Shown here piece after piece: positions 28,092-35,413 of a DNA stretch of 64,000 nt. The stretch is from Clostridiales bacterium. GTDB lineage: Bacteria > Bacillota > Clostridia > Lachnospirales > WQUN01. Positions within the stretch are counted from its first letter, which is position 1, and every line of letters starts with the position of its first letter. Location of the stretch: the NCBI GenBank assembly GCA_031271295.1, contig JAISVZ010000032.1, positions 1,869 through 65,868 on the forward strand, read 5' to 3'. The position numbers and the translations under genes are program-made. The notes below the pieces were generated by a model. The model saw only the letters and a program-made list of their open reading frames with translations, ran no database searches and was not told the origin of the DNA.

Positions 28092-29150
28092 ATGAACAAA
28101 AAATTCACAAAAGCTGTTATGAACACTTCAATCCTTATCCTATCTTTAATTTTGGCGTTTCAAATTTCCGGTTGCAAAAAGCCGGAGCCAATCGCCCAAC
28201 CACCTGTTTCATCCGAAATAACATCAGACGAGCCAAGCGAACCATCCGCTACTTCATCCGAGATAGACGCTGCCGAGCCAAGCGAACCATCCGCTGCTTC
28301 ATCCGAAATAACCGTTACGGATATGACCGGGCGCGAGGTTAAACTTACCGGCACTGCGGAAAAAATAGTTGTGCTTTCCCCTTCGGACTGCGAAATTCTC
28401 TACGCCTTAGGCGCGGGCGGCGCGGTAGTTGGGCGGGGCGAATACTGCGATTACCCTGCCGAAGTATCGCAAGTTCCCGCCGTGCAATCCGGCAGCGAAA
28501 CAAATATAGAACAGATTATAGCGTTAAATCCGCAGGTTGTTGTAATGACCAAAATGTCCCACTCCGCCGAGCAGGTGGACGCGATTGAAAACGCCGGAAT
28601 AAGAGTTGTTTCAACCGACGCGCAAAATATCGCGGGCGTTTATCAGGCAATAGAGCTTATCGGCAAAATTACCGGGCGCGATTCGCAGGCGTCGGCTTTG
28701 GTAGGCGAAATGAAATCCGGCTTTGAAGAAATAAAAGCCCAGGCCGCAAACGCGGGAAGCGTTTCGGATAATTCGGTGTATTTTGAAGTTTCGCCTTTGG
28801 AATGGGGGCTGTGGACTGCGGGTAAAAATACCTTTATGGACGAAATTGCCCAAATAACAGGGCTTAAAAACGCGTTCGATGATATTGAAGGCTGGGCGGA
28901 AATATCCGAGGAACAGGTAATTGACCGTAACCCCGCGTATATTTTCACAATTACAATGTATTTTGAGGGAACGGGGCAAGTTCACCCGGTAGATGAAATT
29001 GCGGGCAGAGGCGGCTGGGAGAATATAGGCGCGGTTAAAAACTCGAATATCTTCCTTTTAGATTCCAACGAAATTTCGCGTCCCGGCCCAAGGCTTTATG
29101 AAGCCGCAAAAAAGGTGTACGAGATTGTATATGCGGGAAGCGGTAATTAA
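28092..29150 (+). CDS. ABC transporter substrate-binding lipoprotein (iron-siderophore/cobalamin type, BtuF/FhuD-like)
   Basis: Lipobox ISGC. Has an S/E/P-rich duplicated linker, then KIVVLSPSDCEILYALGAGGAVVG and LNPQVVVM, typical of class III (PBP8) binding proteins. The FecCD permease and ATPase genes follow. Confidence 0.8.
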   Translation: MNKKFTKAVMNTSILILSLILAFQISGCKKPEPIAQPPVSSEITSDEPSEPSATSSEIDAAEPSEPSAASSEITVTDMTGREVKLTGTAEKIVVLSPSDCEILYALGAGGAVVGRGEYCDYPAEVSQVPAVQSGSETNIEQIIALNPQVVVMTKMSHSAEQVDAIENAGIRVVSTDAQNIAGVYQAIELIGKITGRDSQASALVGEMKSGFEEIKAQAANAGSVSDNSVYFEVSPLEWGLWTAGKNTFMDEIAQITGLKNAFDDIEGWAEISEEQVIDRNPAYIFTITMYFEGTGQVHPVDEIAGRGGWENIGAVKNSNIFLLDSNEISRPGPRLYEAAKKVYEIVYAGSGN

Positions 29151-29261
29151 GCCGCTAAAGTAAAACGGTAATTAAATAAAAATTTGAACGCTAATGCGAA
29201 AGGTTTGGTCGCTGTTGAAGCGCAGATTATAAGCCGCACAAACGAAAGGTTTTGAACGCCA

Positions 29262-30287
29262 TTGAAACGTGAAAATTTCTCACTTGCAAATTATATATTT
29301 TTTTGCGCGGCGACAATCGCGGTTTTCTTAGTATGCCTTTGCGTTGGCAGCGTTGGCATTTCCCCGGCCAACGTTTTTCAATCGGTTTTAAGCTTTTTAA
29401 CGGGAGGCGATATCGGCACGGCTCCCGCCGGGAAAATTATTGTTTTCGTGCGCCTGCCCCGCGTAATTTGCGCGGCGCTTACAGGCGCAACACTTTCCGT
29501 TTGCGGCGCGGCGATGCAGGGGCTTTTAAAGAACCCTCTCGCGGACGGTTCAACGCTTGGGGTATCGTCCGGAGCGGCGCTCGGAGCGGTTTTAGCAATA
29601 GCACTCGGCGGCGCCATGCCGTTTTTTGCCAACGCGGGAATTGTTCCCACCGCAATAATTTTCGCGTTTGTTTCGCTTTTCGCAATAATTGCTCTGGCAA
29701 ACAAGCTCGATTCCGGGCTTGCCGCCAACACAATAATTCTTACGGGCGTAGTTTTTTCAATGTTCGCAAACAGCCTTATAAGCCTTATAATCTCATTTTC
29801 GGGCGAAAAAATAAAGCCAATCATTTTTTGGACTATGGGTTCTTTGGCGGACGCCAATTATTCAAACGCGCTGCTTTTGCTCATCGCTTTTTTAACGGCG
29901 TCCGCAGTAATTATAAAAAACGCCGCAGAACTAAACGCCTGCGCTATCGGTGAAGAAAACGCGCGTCATGTGGGCGTAAATGTAAAACGCGTTAAACTTC
30001 TTATACTTATCGCGTCTTCGGCGGCTATCGGCATATGCGTTTCGGTTTCCGGCACAATAGGTTTTGTCGGGCTTATTGTGCCGCATATTACAAGGCTTCT
30101 TACCGGCCCAAACCACAAACGCCTTCTGCCCGCGTCGGCATTTTTCGGCGCTTATTTTCTTATGCTCGCGGATTTATTGGCAAGGTTTGCGTTAAGCCCC
30201 AGGGAACTGCCGGTTGGCGTTATAACCTCACTTATCGGTGCGCTGATGTTTTTGTCCGTTTTTTACCGGGCTTCGCGCAATAAATAG
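29262..30287 (+). CDS. FecCD-family iron/cobalamin ABC transporter permease
   Basis: 341 aa, polytopic. LPRVICAALTGATLSVCGAAMQGLLKNPLADGSTLGVSSGAALG and TGPNHKRLLPASAFFGA are FecCD/BtuC hallmarks. TTG start, uncertain. Confidence 0.85.
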   Translation: MKRENFSLANYIFFCAATIAVFLVCLCVGSVGISPANVFQSVLSFLTGGDIGTAPAGKIIVFVRLPRVICAALTGATLSVCGAAMQGLLKNPLADGSTLGVSSGAALGAVLAIALGGAMPFFANAGIVPTAIIFAFVSLFAIIALANKLDSGLAANTIILTGVVFSMFANSLISLIISFSGEKIKPIIFWTMGSLADANYSNALLLLIAFLTASAVIIKNAAELNACAIGEENARHVGVNVKRVKLLILIASSAAIGICVSVSGTIGFVGLIVPHITRLLTGPNHKRLLPASAFFGAYFLMLADLLARFALSPRELPVGVITSLIGALMFLSVFYRASRNK

Positions 30288-30363
30288 TGTTTTCGGAATA
30301 GCAATGCGCAAAAACGGCAGGCGCTGTAAAAGAATTACCTACAACGAAGAATGGCGGAAATTT

Positions 30364-31122
30364 ATGCTTAACGTAAAAAATCTAACCGTTAAACGCTCAG
30401 GGAGAGACGTTTTAAACGATATTACCTTCAAAGCATCAAACGGAAACTGGCTTATGCTTGCCGGGCCTAACGGCGCGGGTAAAACAACGCTGATTGGCGC
30501 AATATCACAAAGCCTACCCTACTTGGGCGAAATTGAAATAGCCGGTAAAAACGCCGCGTTTGTGCCGCGAAAAAAAATAGCCGGTTTTATAGGCGTTTTG
30601 GAGCAAACTAACTATGTTAATTATCCATTTTCCGTGTACGAAATTGTAAGCCTTGGCAGGTATTCATACCAAACGGGCTTTTTTAAAGTATTAAACGCCG
30701 AGGATATGGAGAAAATAGATACGGCGCTAAACGCGGTTGGAATGTACCACTTAAAGGAACGAAGCATTTTAACGCTTTCCGGCGGCGAACTGAGGCGTGC
30801 TTTTTTGGCGCAGGTTATAGCGCAGGACCCTCAAATTATTATTTTAGACGAGCCCGCAAATAACTTAGACCTGCAATACCAAAAGCAAATTTTCGAACTC
30901 ATTTCAAAATGGATAGAGGATACCGGGCGCTTATGCATAACTGCGGTACACGATTTAAACCTTGCCCGCGCGTTCGGCACCCACGCGCTGCTTTTACAGG
31001 GCGGCAAGCTGTTCGGATACGGCAAAGCTCACGAAATCCTTACGGGAAATAATCTTGCCGACGTTTATTCAATGGATGTAAACGCGTGGTTTGAGTTTTT
31101 AAATGACGCGTGGCGGAAATAA
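30364..31122 (+). CDS. ABC transporter ATP-binding protein (FecE/BtuD-like)
   Basis: The start is revised to the ATG at 30364 (MLNVKNLTV). Walker A GPNGAGKTT, signature LSGGELRR, Walker B IIILDEP. Confidence 0.85.
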   Translation: MLNVKNLTVKRSGRDVLNDITFKASNGNWLMLAGPNGAGKTTLIGAISQSLPYLGEIEIAGKNAAFVPRKKIAGFIGVLEQTNYVNYPFSVYEIVSLGRYSYQTGFFKVLNAEDMEKIDTALNAVGMYHLKERSILTLSGGELRRAFLAQVIAQDPQIIILDEPANNLDLQYQKQIFELISKWIEDTGRLCITAVHDLNLARAFGTHALLLQGGKLFGYGKAHEILTGNNLADVYSMDVNAWFEFLNDAWRK

Positions 31123-31201
31123 AAGACCTCTTGCCAAGGAAAAATATTTGTATTATACTGCGTATAAAACAATATTTAGTACATTATACCGGAGGTAAAG
31201 C

Positions 31202-31777
31202 ATGAATGAGGATGTTTCAATTAAGGAAAAAATTCTTCAAGCCGCAACAGAACTTTTAAAAAACGACGCCGAAAACATAACCGTGAGAAATATTGCCGCA
31301 AAAGCTGGCGTTACGCAGGGGCTTATTAATTACCACTTCCAATCGAAGGATAACCTCGTTAACATAGCCGCACAGCGGTTTTTTGATGAAAACTTTTTGC
31401 GCGCGCCCGACTCGCGCGGCGAAATTCTTGGAGATTCGGTAGAAATTTTGCGTGTTGGCTTAAAAAATACGTTAAAGTTTTTATGCGAATATCCGGGCTT
31501 ATCGCGTGCTTCAATTTTGAAGGATATGCAAACCGGCAGTAAAAGCGACAACACACATTCTCTAACGGTTTCTTTTAATAAACTGCTGCGGCAAATCCTC
31601 CAAGACGAAAATCAGCGTTTTCTCGCCGTACATATTTTTGTTTCCTCAATTCAAGCTCTGTTTATGCGCTCCGATGTTTTGCTTGAAACGCACGGGTTTG
31701 ACATTTCAAGCCCAATTCAGCGCAATAAGTTTGCGGACGATTTAATCGAAACTGTGCTGAAGGGGTTGCTGGTTTAG
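31202..31777 (+). CDS. TetR/AcrR family transcriptional regulator
   Basis: 191 aa. N-terminal HTH ITVRNIAAKAGVTQGLINYHFQSKDNL. GGAGG RBS. Confidence 0.85.
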   Translation: MNEDVSIKEKILQAATELLKNDAENITVRNIAAKAGVTQGLINYHFQSKDNLVNIAAQRFFDENFLRAPDSRGEILGDSVEILRVGLKNTLKFLCEYPGLSRASILKDMQTGSKSDNTHSLTVSFNKLLRQILQDENQRFLAVHIFVSSIQALFMRSDVLLETHGFDISSPIQRNKFADDLIETVLKGLLV

Positions 31778-31879
31778 ATATTCGCTGTTCCCTCCCCCCG
31801 GTTATGTTTACTACCGTTTTAAGCGTCAACGCAATATGAACTCGTTAATGTTCACGCCTCTGCTGAAAGTTAACATTAT

Positions 31880-31918
31880 AGCGACGCCTTTGAAAAAAAG
31901 GCGTCGCTTTTCTTTTTT
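31880..31918 (+). terminator. rho-independent terminator
   Basis: AGCGACGCCTT-tgaaaaa-AAGGCGTCGCT followed by TTTCTTTTTT. Confidence 0.8.
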
Positions 31919-31922
31919 CCGG

Positions 31923-31948
31923 AATGATGACATTTTTTTGTCATCATT
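31923..31948. promoter_or_regulatory. 9-bp-arm palindrome between terminator and next promoter (operator or second hairpin)
   Basis: AATGATGAC-attttttt-GTCATCATT. Confidence 0.35.
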
Positions 31949-31978
31949 GTGCGCCGATTCTATGATGTAAAAAAAGTA

Positions 31979-32007
31979 TTGGCTGTTTCGCAAAAACGCC
32001 TTATAAT
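31979..32007 (+). promoter_or_regulatory. sigma-A type promoter of the sensor/regulator pair
   Basis: TTGGCT (31979-31984), 17-nt spacer, TATAAT (32002-32007), 62 nt upstream of the GTG at 32070. Confidence 0.55.
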
Positions 32008-32069
32008 GGTAATAAAACATACGAATATGCTCTGCCGTTGCCGGTGAGTGTAAGGGAAAGGAGGCGCAC

Positions 32070-33479
32070 GTGAAACGTTTTATTGTTATTGCCTCTTTTA
32101 TTGTCTTAATATGCGCTGCAATGCTCTATTTCCTTTCCATGCCGGCCAACAGGGCAAATATTCCCGCCGCAGGCGGCATCCTCGACCTTCGAAGCGCAAT
32201 TTTTTCCGGCACGCTCTACACTCTGGACGGCGAGTGGGAATTTTACTACGGACAACTGCTAACCCCAAATGATTTTAACTCTCAATTATCCGCTCCCCAC
32301 TCTCAATTTATCGCGGTTCCAATGTCGTGGGAGAAAGCGGGCTACCCGCTCCGGGGCTGCGCCACCTACCGGCTTTGCGTCCTTACCGACGAGCCGGAGG
32401 TTTCGGTGCGCATCCCCAAAATCACATTTTCCGCCCTCGTATGGATTAACGGTCAGATGGTTTTAAAGGCCGGTAAGCCCGGCGCAACGCAGGAAGAAAC
32501 GATGCCGCGTCTCTCTGCGGGCTTTGTAAATGTAAGGCCTGAAAACGGGCGGCTGGAAATCGTTGCGCAAACGGCGAGCTATAACTGGTATGTGGCGGGG
32601 CTGCGCAACGGCTGGGAGCTTTCACAGCCCGCTTCCATGATTAAGGACGCGGCCGCGCGATACGCGCTGCTGGCGATGGCAATCGGCGCACACTTGGTTT
32701 TGGCGCTGTATCATATTATTCTCTATCTTTACCGGCGCAATGAATGGGTGTACATTTCTTTCGCACTGACCGCGCTTTCCTCCGCTCTGCGCTATTTTCT
32801 GGAAACGAACGGTTTCGCGCAGCTGCTCCTGCCGGGCGGCATGGGCGAAGGGTTGATGCGCCTGTATCTCGCAACGGTCTTTTTCCAGCCGGGGTTTATG
32901 ATCATCTTTATTCACGCCGCTTTTGCCATGCCGCTAAAAGGCAGGGTACGCCGCGCTATTTACATACTCTGCCTCGCGGTTCCGTCCGCTTTTACCTTTA
33001 TCATCCCAGGCGGCATGATTTACGCGGATTATTATCTGTTTTTGATCATTATCCCAATGGCATGGTCGGCGCTGAGTGCGGCGCGTGTGCTTAAACAGAA
33101 ACCAAACTGTTACAACGCGTTGTTTTTAGTTTCCCTTGTGGTCTTTTTGCTGTGGTATCCCATACAAAAGATGTGGCTGGACGACCGGCTTTTTATGCCG
33201 GGTGTTGCGGCGCACCTGTTCCTGTTGCTGTGTCAGTGCGCAATGCTGGCGGTGAGCTACGCCGAAACCAAGCGGCGCGAGGCGGAGCTGGCGGCGAAAA
33301 CCGAATTTTACCACAAAATGAGCCACGACCTTTTAACACCGCTCACCGTCGTATCGTCCAGTATACAAGTGGTGAAAGTTACGCCTAAGGACGCGCTTCT
33401 TTTAAAAAACTCCCAAGCCGAAATTATAAAAATGGCGGGAATGATAAACGATGCATTGAAGGACGGTGACGGAGAATGA
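32070..33479 (+). CDS. 7TMR-DISM membrane sensor with DHp (HisKA-like) domain only; no HATPase domain
   Basis: GTG start with AAGGAGG RBS. The N-terminal LDGEWEFYYGQLLTP...GCATYRL...VWINGQ matches 7TMR-DISMED2, followed by about 7 TM segments. It then has the H-box FYHKMSHDLLTPLTVV and about 45 more residues, and ends. Its stop overlaps the regulator start (ATGA). Confidence 0.75.
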   Translation: MKRFIVIASFIVLICAAMLYFLSMPANRANIPAAGGILDLRSAIFSGTLYTLDGEWEFYYGQLLTPNDFNSQLSAPHSQFIAVPMSWEKAGYPLRGCATYRLCVLTDEPEVSVRIPKITFSALVWINGQMVLKAGKPGATQEETMPRLSAGFVNVRPENGRLEIVAQTASYNWYVAGLRNGWELSQPASMIKDAAARYALLAMAIGAHLVLALYHIILYLYRRNEWVYISFALTALSSALRYFLETNGFAQLLLPGGMGEGLMRLYLATVFFQPGFMIIFIHAAFAMPLKGRVRRAIYILCLAVPSAFTFIIPGGMIYADYYLFLIIIPMAWSALSAARVLKQKPNCYNALFLVSLVVFLLWYPIQKMWLDDRLFMPGVAAHLFLLLCQCAMLAVSYAETKRREAELAAKTEFYHKMSHDLLTPLTVVSSSIQVVKVTPKDALLLKNSQAEIIKMAGMINDALKDGDGE

Positions 33480-34183
33480 GAACACTCTTAATCGTCGAGG
33501 ACGAGCTAAATATCCTCGAAAATCACCGGCGGTTTTTCACCGATAACGGCTACCGTGTTCTTACCGCCGAAACAGCGGCAAAGGCACGGAAGTGCCTTGC
33601 GGCGCATACACCGGATGCCATCCTGCTCGACATAATGCTACCCGATGGCAACGGCTTAGATATCCTGCAAGAAATACGCAGCCCTAACTCTGCGATATCC
33701 TCTCTCAACTCCAGTCTCATAAAGCTTCCCATCATCATACTGACGGCATGGGGTAAGCCGCAGGACATATCGCGCGGCTACCGGCTGGGCGCAACGGCCT
33801 ATCTCTCCAAGCCATTTGATTACGAGGCCGTGCTCGCGGTGCTGGATAATATATTCACTACGCAGGAGCGGATGCCTGAGAGCATTGTGCGGGGCGGGCT
33901 TACGCTCGATTTGTTCTCCGACCGGGCGCTGCTATACGGCGCGGATTTGCTGCTCTCGCCCAAGGAGTTTTCCCTGCTCTATTTCTTTGTTCAGCATGAG
34001 GACGAAATGATAAGCGCCGCGCGGCTCTATGAGCATGTGTGGGGACAGCCGCTTAGCGGCAGCACAAGGGCGCTGGAAAACATGATCTACCGCCTGCGAA
34101 AGGCAATCGAAAGCTCCGGGTACGCCATTGTAACAAAACGCGGGCGCGGTTACTGTTTTGAAAATGAAAATAATACCGGCTGA
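33476..34183 (+). CDS. OmpR-family response regulator
   Basis: Receiver domain with ILLDIMLPDGNG, ILTAWG and SKPF. C-terminal winged helix LSPKEFSLLYFF...MIYRLRKAI. An extra S-rich insertion (SPNSAISSLNSSLIK) sits in the receiver. Confidence 0.85.
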   Translation: MRTLLIVEDELNILENHRRFFTDNGYRVLTAETAAKARKCLAAHTPDAILLDIMLPDGNGLDILQEIRSPNSAISSLNSSLIKLPIIILTAWGKPQDISRGYRLGATAYLSKPFDYEAVLAVLDNIFTTQERMPESIVRGGLTLDLFSDRALLYGADLLLSPKEFSLLYFFVQHEDEMISAARLYEHVWGQPLSGSTRALENMIYRLRKAIESSGYAIVTKRGRGYCFENENNTG

Positions 34184-34301
34184 ATCCAACAATCCATCCA
34201 ACTTACTAAAAGCTCTTGCTTAAAAGTTATAGGAAGCGTTATAATTAAAACAAGAAAGGGCGGGTGTTGAGTGCATGTCATACAAAACGGAGGATATCAT
34301 C

Positions 34302-35303
34302 ATGAAGAGCATAATGGAGCTTTTTAAGGGCGATGCCATTAAGTTCTTCGGAATAGACAAAAACGTAGTTTCGGTTGAACGAACGGAATTTACGCAAATT
34401 AAGGCAATCCAAAAAACGGACGACTGGATGCTTAAAGCGGAGGATGGTTCGTACATCCATATAGAATTTCAAACCACACACAGTTTAAAGGATTTATCCC
34501 GGTTTATGTTAGCCGACGCGATGCTGTACTACAAGGAAGGAAAACCAATAAAAACAATTGTTGTTTACTCCTCGGATATTGACCAAACAATAACCGAAAT
34601 TAACGCAGGCGCGCTTCAATACGGTGTGGAAGCGTTTTACATGGTAAAGCTTGACGGTGATAAGGCGTATGCGGAAATTAAAGCAAAAATAGACGCCGGA
34701 GAAAACCTTACGAAGCAGGATTTAATGTCCATAGTATTCCTGCCAATGATGAAGAGTGAACACGATAAGGTAAAAAGGTTGGAGCGGTCTATATCCCTTT
34801 CTAAGGAAATAAAAACCGAAACCATGCAAGTGCAGATTCAAGCCATGCTTGAACTGTTGGCGGAAAAGTTTGTAAAAGACGAGAACGAATTAAAGAAATT
34901 GAAAGGAATGATAAGAATGGGCGTTATATTTGATATGATCAGAGAGGATCTTAGGGTGGAACTTAGAGACGAAGTTAAGAATGAGGTTAAGAATGAAGTA
35001 AGAGACGAGGTTAAAAACGAAATTAGAAACGAAGTTAAGAATGAAGTAAGAAACGAAGTTAAGAATGAAGTAAGAGACGAAGTTAAGAATGAAGTAAGAG
35101 ACGAGGTTAAAAACGAAGTGACCCAAATGATCACGAACGAAATAACTGAAAAACTCACAAATGAGATTAGCATCAAAAGCGTTGTAGAAATTGCCAAAAT
35201 TATGATTGAGGATGGTGCGGGTATCAGCACAATATCAAAATATACAAGATTATCCGAGTCTAAAATTCGATCTCTTAAAGCTGATATGGCGGAGGCAAGT
35301 TAG
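34302..35303 (+). CDS. Rpn-family recombination-promoting nuclease / putative transposase (PD-(D/E)xK) with tandem-repeat insert
   Basis: The start is revised to the ATG at 34302 (GGAGG 8 nt upstream). ...TDDWMLKAEDGSYIHIEFQTTHSLKDLSRFMLADAMLYYKEGKPIKTIVVYS is the Rpn/YhgA-like D...E-x-Q core. The C-terminal half contains 14 four-residue [ND]EV[KR] units. Confidence 0.7.
   Translation: MKSIMELFKGDAIKFFGIDKNVVSVERTEFTQIKAIQKTDDWMLKAEDGSYIHIEFQTTHSLKDLSRFMLADAMLYYKEGKPIKTIVVYSSDIDQTITEINAGALQYGVEAFYMVKLDGDKAYAEIKAKIDAGENLTKQDLMSIVFLPMMKSEHDKVKRLERSISLSKEIKTETMQVQIQAMLELLAEKFVKDENELKKLKGMIRMGVIFDMIREDLRVELRDEVKNEVKNEVRDEVKNEIRNEVKNEVRNEVKNEVRDEVKNEVRDEVKNEVTQMITNEITEKLTNEISIKSVVEIAKIMIEDGAGISTISKYTRLSESKIRSLKADMAEAS
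34946..35120 (+). repeat. in-frame 12-nt tandem repeat (~14 units) inside the Rpn-like gene
   Basis: GA(A/C)GTTAAGAAT / GAAGTAAGAGAC-type units encoding VELR DEVK NEVK NEVR DEVK NEIR NEVK NEVR NEVK NEVR DEVK NEVR DEVK NEV. Confidence 0.9.
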
Positions 35304-35413
35304 TGGCGAGTTAGAAGCGAGTCAGTTCGAAATTTTTCGTGCATTTAGCCAAAATCTGTAGTAGAATGTAAAGCACATGTTTGGCAAATACACGTTGAAA
35401 GGTTCGTTTACAA

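Noticed and set aside
28200-28320. Tandem ~50-nt repeat in the SBP gene (SSEITSDEPSEPSATSSEIDAAEPSEPSAASSEIT)
   Set aside because: This is an ordinary duplicated low-complexity linker between the lipobox and the folded domain of a lipoprotein. The antisense ORF 28160-28354 is an artefact.
29303-30283. Alternative-frame ORFs (29303-29953, 29378-29857, 29479-29733, 30035-30283) rich in R/G/A
   Set aside because: They lie entirely within the FecCD permease gene, whose frame gives a canonical polytopic permease. Their arginine-rich composition is typical of off-frame translation of GC-rich coding DNA.
34838-35230. Antisense ORFs with SFLTSFLT repeats, and a possible CRISPR-like periodic array
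   Set aside because: The periodicity is 12 nt with no unique spacers. It lies in frame inside the Rpn-like gene, and the antisense ORFs are by-products of the repeat.
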